Part shown: positions 37,174 to 46,129 of the stretch, one piece after another
How the letters are laid out: the number at the start of each line of letters is the position of its first letter
How positions within the stretch are numbered: position 1 is the stretch's first letter
NCBI GenBank assembly: GCA_041665945.1
Contig: JBAYHU010000002.1
Coordinates: 43,350 to 107,349, forward strand
DNA: 64,000 nt
Direction of reading: 5' to 3'
Origin: Candidatus Micrarchaeia archaeon
GTDB taxonomy: Archaea; Micrarchaeota; Micrarchaeia; Anstonellales; Anstonellaceae
Notes under the pieces: model-generated
The model's database searches: none
Seen by the model: only the letters and a program-made list of their open reading frames with translations
Told to the model about the DNA's origin: nothing
Program-made: the position numbers and the translations under genes

Positions 37174-37956
37174 ATGGATTTCAGGCTCTGGAAAAAACCC
37201 GAAGGGAACAAAAAGTCGCCGCTATTGGAAATAATCTGCCCGCGGGCGCACAACCTGAAGTTCCCGGAAATGGAAGTGGCAATCAAAAAAGCGGTCGGGC
37301 ACGCGAAGCGAAAGATGGACTCGGACGGGGCGCCCGCAGCCGCGATACTGTTTTCCGAAGGGGAGAATTTCCGCTTCACGATAACGCAGGAGGAGGGGGC
37401 AATCTACGCGGAGAGGGTGCAAAAGCTGCTCCCCAACGGCTATTTCATCTCAGTCGCATTCAACCTTCTTGAAAGCAGCGAGCCGGACGGCGGCTACAAC
37501 GGCTGCAACAACGGCTACCTCGTTTCGCGGGAGCAGGTGCTGCACTCGCCGAAAAGGAACCTGACAACGTTCGAAAAGGATGTCGTCGGGAACATCCTCC
37601 TGCCGGAATTCCAAAAAAATTGGGAGGCGCGAACGCGGGAACTCGAGGAGAAGGGCGAGCTGTTCGGCAGCATTGATTTCGGGTTCGACCAGAGGATGGA
37701 GCACAGGATTTGCGCGGATGTGTGCCAGTCGCCGATATATTTCGAGCCGCAGACAATCACGCTTGTTTCGGCAGGCGGCAACCAGGTCTCGTATTACAAC
37801 AGGCTGGCGGGAAACCGGATGGCGGTTGTCACCAACGACTCGACAAAGCCCGAGCCCGTGGTCTATAAGCGGGAGGGCACGGTTTGGGGCATAAAGGCGC
37901 TGGAGGGGTTCCACATGCTGTCCGTGTTCGAAAATCCGGCTAATCCGCAACTTTGA
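37174..37956 (+). CDS. Hypothetical protein (260 aa)
   Basis: In an operon-like arrangement after the GXGXG gene. No recognisable motif. Confidence 0.55.
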   Translation: MDFRLWKKPEGNKKSPLLEIICPRAHNLKFPEMEVAIKKAVGHAKRKMDSDGAPAAAILFSEGENFRFTITQEEGAIYAERVQKLLPNGYFISVAFNLLESSEPDGGYNGCNNGYLVSREQVLHSPKRNLTTFEKDVVGNILLPEFQKNWEARTRELEEKGELFGSIDFGFDQRMEHRICADVCQSPIYFEPQTITLVSAGGNQVSYYNRLAGNRMAVVTNDSTKPEPVVYKREGTVWGIKALEGFHMLSVFENPANPQL

Positions 37957-38341
37957 ATTCCGCTTTCTTGCTGTTTGAGAAGTAGCATGCCACGTCTTTC
38001 ATCCCGTAGGGCGCGGCTGCGATGAAGTTTATTCCTCCTTTTTTCGAAAAAAGCCGCAAATCCTGCCGCGAGGGGAGTATGTTGCCGTTCGGGTGCGAGT
38101 GGAAGCTCCCGACAACGCCGTCAAGCAGGGGCATCATCCAGTCGTCGAACATGGACGCGCCCCTTGACACGGAAATGCCGGGCGGGATGATCGTGCCATC
38201 TATTACTATATTAGTAGTGTTATCCGCGCCATCCTCGCGCTCACCAGTAAGAAGGCAGATGAACTCGTTTGGGTAAGCCGCCTTCGCGCCGGCGAGCGCG
38301 GAGAGCAGGGCTTGCCTCTTGATGATGATTTCCATAAACAT
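37940..38341 (-). CDS. JAB/MPN (JAMM) metalloprotease, deubiquitinase-like
   Basis: Exact JAMM motif E...HSHPNGNILPSRQD (H-x-H-x7-S-x2-D) with an upstream Glu (LTGE). About 134 aa. Convergent with the MoxR cluster; the two overlap by 17 nt. Confidence 0.8.
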   Translation of the reverse strand: MFMEIIIKRQALLSALAGAKAAYPNEFICLLTGEREDGADNTTNIVIDGTIIPPGISVSRGASMFDDWMMPLLDGVVGSFHSHPNGNILPSRQDLRLFSKKGGINFIAAAPYGMKDVACYFSNSKKAEFKVAD

Positions 38342-38497
38342 GAACCACGTGAATGTTTTGGAAAGCCGGTGCGACAGCACCAGATTGCCATGATGGGATT
38401 TCCGCGCCAACAATTAAGAAGAGCATGACGCAGAAGAAGCTTCGCAGATGATGACGGATGTGATCTCCGAGGCGAAATCGCCGTTGACGAAAGACGG

Positions 38498-38636
38498 ACG
38501 GTCTGATGCACAAATGCGAAGCATTTGGGCAGTATTTGTCCGAAGGACAAATCTGATGCAAAAAATGGAATTTTTTGCAGACTTTGTCTCGCAAGGCAAA
38601 GCTGATGCACGAAAGCTGAAACTGATGCGAAAAACA
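38498..38636. repeat. Array of four AAA-CTGATGCR-AAAA repeats, with a 9-bp-arm palindrome GCAAAAAAT-gga-ATTTTTTGC embedded
   Basis: CTGATGCA/G at 38503, 38553, 38602 and 38622 (spacing 50, 49 and 20 bp, so not coding periodicity). Copy 2 is half of an extended palindrome TCTGATGCAAAAAAT-GGA-ATTTTTTGCAgAC. Lies in the divergent spacer between the JAB gene and the ICMT-like gene. Confidence 0.5.
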
Positions 38637-38656
38637 CGGGACAGACGGCGAGGCAC

Positions 38657-39094
38657 ATGGCAGACGGGCAAACCTATTTCATAATCCTGCTGATTCTGCC
38701 CATGTTGCTGAATTTCGCATTCCCCGCCCCGGCAATCGTTTATGCCCCGTACACGTATTTCGGGATAATTCCCATCGGCTTTGGAATAGCCATCGCCCTT
38801 TGGAGCCGCTCGTTGTTTGTGAAGAGCAGGACAACGCTGTCGCCGCATGAAACGCCCACCTCGCTTTTGACCTCCGGCCCCTTTCGCATAAGCCGCAATC
38901 CGATATATCTTGGAATGGCGGCCATGCTGTTGGGCAGCGCCGTATTGCTTGGGACGCCGGTTGCTTTCGCATCCCCTGCCTTATTTGTCATCATAATTGA
39001 AACCCTGCTCATACCCGGCGAGGAGAGGAAGATGGAAAAAATATTCGGGGACAGGTACAGGAAGTACAAGGGCAGCGTACGGCAGTGGATATGA
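38657..39094 (+). CDS. Isoprenylcysteine carboxyl methyltransferase (ICMT)/PEMT-family membrane methyltransferase
   Basis: TM-rich. C-terminal GPFRISRNPIYLG...LIPGEERKMEKIFGDRYRKY is diagnostic of the ICMT/PEM family. Confidence 0.75.
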   Translation: MADGQTYFIILLILPMLLNFAFPAPAIVYAPYTYFGIIPIGFGIAIALWSRSLFVKSRTTLSPHETPTSLLTSGPFRISRNPIYLGMAAMLLGSAVLLGTPVAFASPALFVIIIETLLIPGEERKMEKIFGDRYRKYKGSVRQWI

Positions 39095-39168
39095 ACCGGA
39101 ACCCGGATGCGCCCGCGACCAACGGATACGTAAAGCGTATTTTATTGTTTTGCAGAGGCAAGAATCGC

Positions 39169-39627
39169 ATGGAAGAAAAAATATCCGCAGGCATAGCGGA
39201 GGTAATGGACGTCGTGATGCCCGGGCAGACCAACCACTACGGCACGCTTTTCGGCGGCGTGCTCATGGCGATGATGGACAAGTCAGCGAACATCGCGGCA
39301 ATCAGGTATTGCAAGAGCGACTGCGTCACGGTAAGCGTGGACCACATTGTTTTCGAAAACCCGGTCAAGCTCGGGGAGATAATAATCGCGAACGCGAAAG
39401 TCATCTATGTCGGCAATACTTCCATGCTCGTGCGGGTGAAGGCGGACGCCGAGGACAAGAGCGGCAGGAGGCGCCCCATCATCGGCTGCGCGGACTTCCT
39501 GTTTGTCGCGGTTGACCCGGCGGGAAATCCCGTCGAGGTTCCGAAACCGATTTTGCAGACAGACGAGGAGAAACTGCTTTTCAAGAGAGGGAAGGAGATA
39601 AAGGAGACTCTGAGACGGCTTTGCTAG
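39169..39627 (+). CDS. Hotdog-fold acyl-CoA thioesterase (4HBT/YciA-like)
   Basis: PGQTNHYGTLFGGVLMAMMD... is typical of 4HBT thioesterases. SD GAGG. Confidence 0.8.
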   Translation: MEEKISAGIAEVMDVVMPGQTNHYGTLFGGVLMAMMDKSANIAAIRYCKSDCVTVSVDHIVFENPVKLGEIIIANAKVIYVGNTSMLVRVKADAEDKSGRRRPIIGCADFLFVAVDPAGNPVEVPKPILQTDEEKLLFKRGKEIKETLRRLC

Positions 39628-39798
39628 AAGGGGCCGGGCAGAAAAACGCGCTTTTGCCATTTTTCGCGCTGCATGGCGCCATATATAAGGCAAGATCGGC
39701 GGCGGAGCCCTGCCCGACAAATAACCTATATTAAGTAATATGCTATAAGAAAGATAGCAGATAGTGAGAATAAATGCTAAAAACGGAAGTGACCATAA

Positions 39799-40473
39799 AT
39801 GCCAAAAGCTGCCAATTACACTAATGAGGAAATTTTGATTGCCCTGATTTGGTCGATGCCGGAGCGGCTGACCAAGGGGCAAATTGGCCGCCTGCTGGGA
39901 ATCAAGTCCGCCGGGCAGAAGCACTGGCGCGAGCGGCTGGAGAAGCTGGGCGCGAACAATCTTCTTTCGATTGAAAAGCTGGACACGGGCGAAATGTTCT
40001 TCGGGTCCCCTATCCTCAAATATTACCTCACCCCCGCGAACCTCGAGGCGATTTGGAGCCGGTATTTCGTCAGTTACGAGCGCAACGGGCTCGTCAACGA
40101 TCCCTACCTGACCCCGTTTTCCGCCGGAATCTGGAACGTGACTTCCACGTCCGAGTTCTCGAAGCTCGTGGGTTCGAAGTTCAACTACCACTTCCTCTGC
40201 GCCAAGAACAAGGAGAATCCTGTCGAGCCCTCGGAGAGCGTCAAGTCGTTGAGCAAGGAAAAAATCTGGAAAAACATGGACGCGGTGCTTTCGATAGCCT
40301 GGAAAATCGAGGCGTACCGGAGAAAGCCGATGCTCATAGGCACGCTGACGCCCGAGCATAAAAAGATATACGCGCTCGTAACCTCGATTTACGCCGAGCA
40401 AATCAAGGCGCACCCTGCGGACTACAAGAAATTCACGGAACTCTTCGAGAAGAATTTCAAGTATTACCTTTGA
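39799..40473 (+). CDS. Hypothetical protein with putative N-terminal wHTH (224 aa)
   Basis: LTKGQIGRLLGIKSAGQKHWRERLEKLG is helix-turn-helix-like. Preceded by an AT-rich, TATA-containing spacer (39690-39798). Confidence 0.55.
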   Translation: MPKAANYTNEEILIALIWSMPERLTKGQIGRLLGIKSAGQKHWRERLEKLGANNLLSIEKLDTGEMFFGSPILKYYLTPANLEAIWSRYFVSYERNGLVNDPYLTPFSAGIWNVTSTSEFSKLVGSKFNYHFLCAKNKENPVEPSESVKSLSKEKIWKNMDAVLSIAWKIEAYRRKPMLIGTLTPEHKKIYALVTSIYAEQIKAHPADYKKFTELFEKNFKYYL

Positions 40474-40532
40474 TTTTTCCCAAAGATTGCCCGTTCCCCC
40501 TGAACCTGTTCCATTATTTTCAGCCCTCCAGC

Positions 40533-40709
40533 GCGGACTCAAGCGGCTACTACGGGATTGCGCTTTTGCAAGGCAGCTATCTTGTCAACGTGACTGATGC
40601 CTCGGGCGATTCGTTCGGGCTGCCCAGCCTTGATTACACCCAGTCGATATCAATCGAGAAAGGGCACGTAATCGAGATGGACTTCAGCATAGACACCGGA
40701 ATAAGGTAG
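40533..40709 (+). pseudogene. Possible remnant of a carboxypeptidase-regulatory-like beta-sandwich domain
   Basis: YYGIALLQGSYLVNVTDASGDSF...VIEMDFSID resembles a CarbopepD_reg-type domain. The frame has no convincing start and overlaps the upstream stop. Confidence 0.2.
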
Positions 40710-41010
40710 GGCGCGATGCGCGCGCAACCGCCCTAAACGCTTTAAAGCCTTTTTCGGCAAGGCTCCATTGCAGGAAGGCAGGAATTCCGCCGTGCGCGGC
40801 AGATTCCAGCAGGCGCAACTTTGCGCTTCAAGGCGTTCCGGGACCGGCAAAAGCCGGCTCAAAGGCACAACGGGGTGCTGGAATGTCCGGGGCAAAAAAC
40901 GATTTCGGGGAATGCGGCCTGCCAGTTGAAAAACTTCTTTACGCGCCTGGCAGCAAGGCGGACTTGAGCAAATGCGCCAGCCCTGGCTCACGCCATTCGG
41001 AGAGGATTGC

Positions 41011-43557
41011 ATGAGGAACCGCAACGTCGAGGAAACGTATTCCGGGCTTAGGCAGGACCGGGCGCAGGAGCGCCTTGCGGATGATGGCTACAACGAGATT
41101 GCCGGCGAGAAGAAGCGCTCCATATTCAGGATAGCGGCGGAGACATTCAAGGAGCCCATGTTCCTCCTGCTTGTTGCCTGCGGCGCGCTCTACCTGCTGC
41201 TCGGTGACATGGAAGGCGCGCTCATGCTCCTCGCGTTCGTGTTCGTGGTCATAGGGATAACTATTTACCAGGAAAGGAAGGTGGAGCGCGCGCTTGAGGC
41301 GCTGCGCGACCTCTCCTCGCCGCGCGCGAGAGTAATCCGCGACGGAAAGCAGGTCGTAATCCCGGGCAGGGAGGTCGTGAGGGACGACATACTCATATTG
41401 TCCGAAGGGGACCGCGTGCCCGCGGACGTGGTCATACTTTCGTGCAGCAACTTCACGGTCGATGAATCCCTGCTTACGGGCGAATCCGCCGCGGTGAGGA
41501 AATCCGTCTGGGACGGGAAGGAAAAGCAAAGCGGGCCCGGCGGAGAAGACTTGCCATTCGCATATTCAAGCACGCTCGTTTCGCAGGGTCATGCCGTGGC
41601 AAGGGTGATTGCCATCGGCGCGGCGACGGAAGTCGGGAAAATCGGCAAGGCGCTTACCCGGATAGAAGCCGAGCGGACCGAGCTTCAGAAGGAAACCGAC
41701 GGGCTGGTCCGGCTGTTTGGCATGGCGGGCATGTTTGTCTGCGTCGCGGTAATAGTGATTTACGGGCTCACGCGCGGGAGCTGGATAGATGGGCTGCTCG
41801 CCGGGCTCGCGCTTGCCATGGCGATACTGCCCGAGGAATTCCCGGTCGTGCTCACGATTTTCCTCGCGCTTGGCGCGTGGAGGATGTCGAAATACAACGT
41901 GCTTACAAGGAGGATGAACGCCATACAGGACCTCGGCGCGGCGACCGTGCTTTGCACGGACAAGACCGGCACGCTCACGCAGAACAGGATGACTTTGAAG
42001 AAGCTATGGTCGGATGGAAAGAGCGTTTCGTTTTCAGACGGCAAGCCCCTTCCGGAATGGGCGCACGAAACGCTCGAATACGCCGTGCTTGCGAGCCAGA
42101 AGCAGCCGTTCGACCCCATGGAGCGCTCGATAAAGGAGACCGGCGTGAGGGCGCTTGGCGGGACCGAGCACATCCACGCGGACTGGGAGCTCGTGCGGGA
42201 ATACACGCTTTCAAGGCAGCTCCTCGCGCTGTCGCACGTGTGGCGCGCGCCCAATGGAAAGGAGTATTTGATTGCGGCAAAAGGCGCGCCCGAGGCGATA
42301 TTCGACCTCTGCCACCTGAAAAAGCCCGAGCAGGAGAAACTTTTGAAAGAGGTTTCGCGACTCTCGGACGAGGGCTTGAGGGTGCTTGGCGTCGCCCACG
42401 CGCACTTCTCGGTGAAAAAGCTTCCTGAGAACCAGCACGATTTCGAATTCGAGTTCGCGGGGCTTCTTGCCCTTGAGGACCCCGTGCGCCCGGAAGTCGC
42501 ATCATCCGTGAAGGAATGCTACGAGGCGGGGATGCGGGTAATCATGATTACTGGCGACTATCCGGGAACGGCGCGGATTGTGGCGAAGAACGCGGGCTTC
42601 CAAAATTGCGACAACATAATAACCGGCGCGGAGCTCGACGCAATGAGCGATGCGGGCCTGTGCGATAGAATCAGGACGGCAAGCATATTCGCGCGCGTGG
42701 TGCCCGAGCAGAAGCTCCGCATTGTCGAGGCGCTGAAAAGCAACGGGGATGTCGCGGTGATGACGGGCGATGGCGTGAACGACGCGCCCGCACTCAAGGC
42801 GGCGGCAGTGGGAATCGCGATGGGGGGCAGGGGCACGGACGTCGCCCGCGAGTCCTCCGCGCTTGTGCTGACCGATGACAACTTCACTTCCATCGTGTCG
42901 GCTGTCCGCATGGGCAGGCGCATATATGACAACATAAAAAAAGCGATGGGCTATGTGATTTCGGTGCACGTGCCGATTGCGGGAATGTCCCTTGTGCCGG
43001 TCGCCTTCGGCTGGCCGATTGTGCTCTTCCCGGTGCATATCGCGTTTTTGGAACTCATCATAGACCCTGTATGCTCGGTGGTGTTCGAAGCCGAAGCCGA
43101 GGAAAAGGACATAATGAAGCGCAAGCCGCGCGGGAAAGGCGAGAAGCTTTTCGACAACGGCTCGCTTGCCATGAATTTCCTGAGGGGCATGTCGGTCTTC
43201 ATAATGACCGCGGCGATTTATGCCACCGCCATCCAGTCGGGCGCGGGAGAGGATGTCTCGCGCGCCATGGCGTTTTCCACCCTTGTTTTCGGAAACCTCG
43301 CGCTGATATTGTCAAGCAGGTCATCCAAGAGGACGATTGCCGAGACTCTGGGCGACAAAAACAGCGCGCTTTACGTTGTTTTCGTGCTGGCGCTGTTTTT
43401 CCTCGCGCTTGCGCTTTACGTGCCTTTCCTTGAGGGGCTGTTCAAGCTTTCGGCGCCAAGCGCAATGCAGCTGGCGTGGTGCGCCGCAGCCGCTGCATTC
43501 GCGATAGTCCCGTTCGAAGCCGCGAAGATGGCGCAGCGAAGGGCGGCACGGCAATGA
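41011..43557 (+). CDS. P-type cation-transporting ATPase (P2-type, Ca2+/Mg2+-ATPase-like)
   Basis: DKTGTLTQN phosphorylation site, TGDGVNDAPALK hinge, about 10 TM helices. SD GGAGAGGA. Preceded by a 300-nt GC-rich non-coding leader. Confidence 0.93.
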   Translation: MRNRNVEETYSGLRQDRAQERLADDGYNEIAGEKKRSIFRIAAETFKEPMFLLLVACGALYLLLGDMEGALMLLAFVFVVIGITIYQERKVERALEALRDLSSPRARVIRDGKQVVIPGREVVRDDILILSEGDRVPADVVILSCSNFTVDESLLTGESAAVRKSVWDGKEKQSGPGGEDLPFAYSSTLVSQGHAVARVIAIGAATEVGKIGKALTRIEAERTELQKETDGLVRLFGMAGMFVCVAVIVIYGLTRGSWIDGLLAGLALAMAILPEEFPVVLTIFLALGAWRMSKYNVLTRRMNAIQDLGAATVLCTDKTGTLTQNRMTLKKLWSDGKSVSFSDGKPLPEWAHETLEYAVLASQKQPFDPMERSIKETGVRALGGTEHIHADWELVREYTLSRQLLALSHVWRAPNGKEYLIAAKGAPEAIFDLCHLKKPEQEKLLKEVSRLSDEGLRVLGVAHAHFSVKKLPENQHDFEFEFAGLLALEDPVRPEVASSVKECYEAGMRVIMITGDYPGTARIVAKNAGFQNCDNIITGAELDAMSDAGLCDRIRTASIFARVVPEQKLRIVEALKSNGDVAVMTGDGVNDAPALKAAAVGIAMGGRGTDVARESSALVLTDDNFTSIVSAVRMGRRIYDNIKKAMGYVISVHVPIAGMSLVPVAFGWPIVLFPVHIAFLELIIDPVCSVVFEAEAEEKDIMKRKPRGKGEKLFDNGSLAMNFLRGMSVFIMTAAIYATAIQSGAGEDVSRAMAFSTLVFGNLALILSSRSSKRTIAETLGDKNSALYVVFVLALFFLALALYVPFLEGLFKLSAPSAMQLAWCAAAAAFAIVPFEAAKMAQRRAARQ

Positions 43558-43613
43558 TTTTATATGGAGCCCGAGAATCGTGGGACAACGGTGTTTGATT
43601 GGAGAAACAGCAT

Positions 43614-43970
43614 ATGTACGTGGTTCTGCTGGTGATTTCCTACCTTCTCCTGTTCGAGGGGATGTTTTCCGAGCGGCGCATTTCACAGGCGTGCTCGCTT
43701 ATCCTGCTGATAATCAACATTTCCGCGCTTGCGGTGAACATGCAGCGCAGGCGCCCGAAGGTCGCGATTCCCAAAGTCGCGGGGCACTCCTTCAGCTTCT
43801 GGCGCATGAACTCGCTCGCGCTTTCGTTCCTTGCCATGCTTGCGCAAATCGGCGCCCTGTTCGCGGTGGACATATACGTGACGCCGCTTCCGAACTTCGA
43901 ATATTCCGTGTTTTCGGTGATGCTGATTGGCATGCTGAGCTTCAGGATACTGATGGGCGACGACAAGTGA
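43614..43970 (+). CDS. Small hypothetical membrane protein (118 aa, about 4 TM)
   Basis: SD GGAGAAACAGCAT-ATG. Hydrophobic throughout. Confidence 0.5.
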   Translation: MYVVLLVISYLLLFEGMFSERRISQACSLILLIINISALAVNMQRRRPKVAIPKVAGHSFSFWRMNSLALSFLAMLAQIGALFAVDIYVTPLPNFEYSVFSVMLIGMLSFRILMGDDK

Positions 43971-44013
43971 ACTGATTAAAAACATGTTTGTCCACAGTTT
44001 ATCAGGGAGGAAC

Positions 44014-44547
44014 ATGCCAAAAAAAGAGCGTCCGGCAGGCAGCGGCATACGCAGGCTGAAAGAGGAGCAGCGCAAGCTCTGGAGAATCAACCTCGCCCTC
44101 GCGCTTTGCGTGTTTTTGATGCTCGCAGTCTGGTGGATTGGGATGGAGTTCGGAGCTTTCCCGCCTGCAGACGCACGGACCGAACTGCTCATGGAGCAGG
44201 CGGACCTCACCGCAATACTCGTTTTCGGCATAGACCTTTTCCGCGGCTTTTCGAAAGCCAGAGACAAGAAGATGTTCCTGAGGAGGAACTGGCTGGAGAT
44301 AATAGTGCTCCTGCCCGTCGGCACGGCTTTCAGGGCTTTCCGCGCGTTTGAGGAGCTTAGGATTTTCGGGATGGCGGAGAAGAGCCTCGGTGCGGTGGAG
44401 CTGCCTGTCCTGGTTCCGGGCATAGTCACGCACGCAAAGGGCATAGGGAAGGTCGCACTCAAGCTCCACGGCTGGTTGAGCAATGGGAAAGTCATGGCAG
44501 AGGTTTCCGAAACGGTTTCCGGCATCCTCAAGGGATTCCCAATATAG
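44014..44547 (+). CDS. Hypothetical membrane protein with Arg-periodic (voltage-sensor-like) helix
   Basis: SD GGGAGGAAC-ATG. 2-3 TM helices. Contains ...LRRNWLEIIVLLPVGTAFRAFRAFEELRIF with R at every third position. Confidence 0.5.
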   Translation: MPKKERPAGSGIRRLKEEQRKLWRINLALALCVFLMLAVWWIGMEFGAFPPADARTELLMEQADLTAILVFGIDLFRGFSKARDKKMFLRRNWLEIIVLLPVGTAFRAFRAFEELRIFGMAEKSLGAVELPVLVPGIVTHAKGIGKVALKLHGWLSNGKVMAEVSETVSGILKGFPI

Positions 44548-44650
44548 CCGCGGCACGGGAGCATCGGTTGCCGCTACCGCCATAATTAAAAATGCTCCAA
44601 ACTGAAAAGCGGCAGGTCATTTGATGATTATCGATTCAGTGAAGGAATTC

Positions 44651-45847
44651 ATGGGCGTGCCTTTCAACAGGATGCTGGTGCTTGTCCTTGCCTGCCTCGG
44701 GCTGCTATTGCTTTTCAACGCACCCATCGGGAACAACGAAATCGAGCGGCTGGAGAAGCTGCAGGACGGCAGGAACGCCACGCTCGCAATCGACTTTTTC
44801 TATTCCCCGACCTGCCCGCATTGCAGGGCGCAGGAGGCATTCAACGAAAAGCTGGTGCAGGAGTATTCGAAAATCCGCATAAATGCGCACAATACCGAAC
44901 TTCCGGGAGAACTTGCCCTCATGCAGAAGATGGCTGCTGACGCAGGCGTGCCATCCGAGCTTTCAAACGGCGTGCCCATGACGTTCATAGGGAACGAGAG
45001 CATAATCGGCTTTGACAGCGAGGAGAAGAACGGCGCGAAGATACGGATGGCAATCGAACGCAACATCGGGAATGCTACTTCGGGTGCAGGGCAAGATGCC
45101 GGCTCGGAGCTTGAGCTGCCGGTGTTCGGGAAGATAAAGCCCGCGGCTGTTTCGCTTCCAGTGCTCGCGGTGATGCTCGGGCTTGTGGACGGGTTCAATC
45201 CCTGCGCCATGTGGGTGCTGGTTTATCTTATAGGAATAGTCCTTTCCATGGAGGACAAAAAGCGGCTCTGGATAGTGGTCGGCTCGTTCGTGCTGTCGTC
45301 GGGCATATTGTATTTCCTTTTCATGACTGCGTGGCTCAACGCGTTCCTTTTCATCGGTTACTACCGCCCGGTGACGATAGTGATAGGGCTTGTGGCGCTG
45401 GGGGGCGCGATACTGTCGCTTCGCGATTTTGCGAAAAACCCCGCAGCCGCGCTTGAGTGCAAGGTGACGGGCGCTGAGGACAAGAAAAAGACCATGTCCG
45501 AGGTGCAGAGGCTTGTTTCAGCCCCGATAACCATTGCCACGCTTGCCGGGATTGTGGCGCTCGCCTTTGCCGTGAATTCCGTGGAGTTCGTCTGCTCCGC
45601 CGCGCTTCCCGCAGTATTCACGCAGGTGCTTGCGCTTTCCAACCTCGGCTTCTTCGAATACTATGCGTACATACTGCTCTATGTGCTCTTCTTCATGCTC
45701 GATGATTTGGTGATATTCGGGCTTGCCGCAATGGCTGTGTCAACGGAGTTCGGCGAGAAGTACGCCGGCTACTGCAAGCTCATAGGCGCGCTGATAATGC
45801 TGGCGCTTGGAGTGATGCTTCTTTTCTTCCCCAATGCGCTTCGATGA
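44651..45847 (+). CDS. Thiol:disulfide interchange protein: thioredoxin-like (CPHC) domain fused to CcdA/DsbD transmembrane domain
   Basis: FYSPTCPHCR thioredoxin motif followed by the CcdA-type core (GLVDGFNPCAMWVL...). SD GAAGGA 4 nt before the ATG. The ORF finder started 10 codons upstream at a TTG. Confidence 0.8.
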   Translation: MGVPFNRMLVLVLACLGLLLLFNAPIGNNEIERLEKLQDGRNATLAIDFFYSPTCPHCRAQEAFNEKLVQEYSKIRINAHNTELPGELALMQKMAADAGVPSELSNGVPMTFIGNESIIGFDSEEKNGAKIRMAIERNIGNATSGAGQDAGSELELPVFGKIKPAAVSLPVLAVMLGLVDGFNPCAMWVLVYLIGIVLSMEDKKRLWIVVGSFVLSSGILYFLFMTAWLNAFLFIGYYRPVTIVIGLVALGGAILSLRDFAKNPAAALECKVTGAEDKKKTMSEVQRLVSAPITIATLAGIVALAFAVNSVEFVCSAALPAVFTQVLALSNLGFFEYYAYILLYVLFFMLDDLVIFGLAAMAVSTEFGEKYAGYCKLIGALIMLALGVMLLFFPNALR

Positions 45848-45865
45848 TGAAGCGGGCTTTGGAAG

Positions 45866-46060
45866 TTAATTCCTGCCGAAAGTGTCGAGGACCTTGAAGC
45901 CGCCCACGAAGAACAGCACCGCGGCTATCGGGTACACCGACCAAGAAATCCTGCCTGTGGAGTAGAAGTCCAATGCCAATAGGAAAAGGCACACGATTCC
46001 AAGCGCCCCGAGGTCGTACCACCATTTCTTTTCGCCCTTCACGTGCTTGTGAGCAGCCAT
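45866..46060 (-). CDS. Small two-TM hypothetical protein (64 aa)
   Basis: GGTGGT-atgg-ATG context. Two hydrophobic helices. Confidence 0.4.
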   Translation of the reverse strand: MAAHKHVKGEKKWWYDLGALGIVCLFLLALDFYSTGRISWSVYPIAAVLFFVGGFKVLDTFGRN

Positions 46061-46129
46061 CCATACCACCGGAAAGGAGAACGCTTCCGCTGTTTTTATT
46101 TGTATTGCTGCCAGCCGCGCTTTTCAGGC

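Noticed and set aside
38206-38848. ORFs 38206-38658 and 38414-38848 (minus) and 38448-38684 (plus) overlapping the CTGATGCA repeat array
   Set aside because: They overlap each other and the JAB / methyltransferase genes. The repeat spacing is not a multiple of three. Interpreted as regulatory DNA rather than coding.
39628-39798. Possible hairpin GCAGAAAAACGCGC...GCGCGAAAAATGGC in the spacer upstream of 39799
   Set aside because: The two arms are mirror repeats, not reverse complements, so no stem can form. Only the TATA-like ATATATAA at about 39695 is kept, as an informal note.
40650-41024. 124-aa minus-strand ORF in the leader of the P-type ATPase
   Set aside because: The composition (Pro/Arg/Ser-rich) is not protein-like and there is no SD. 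The region is treated as non-coding leader.
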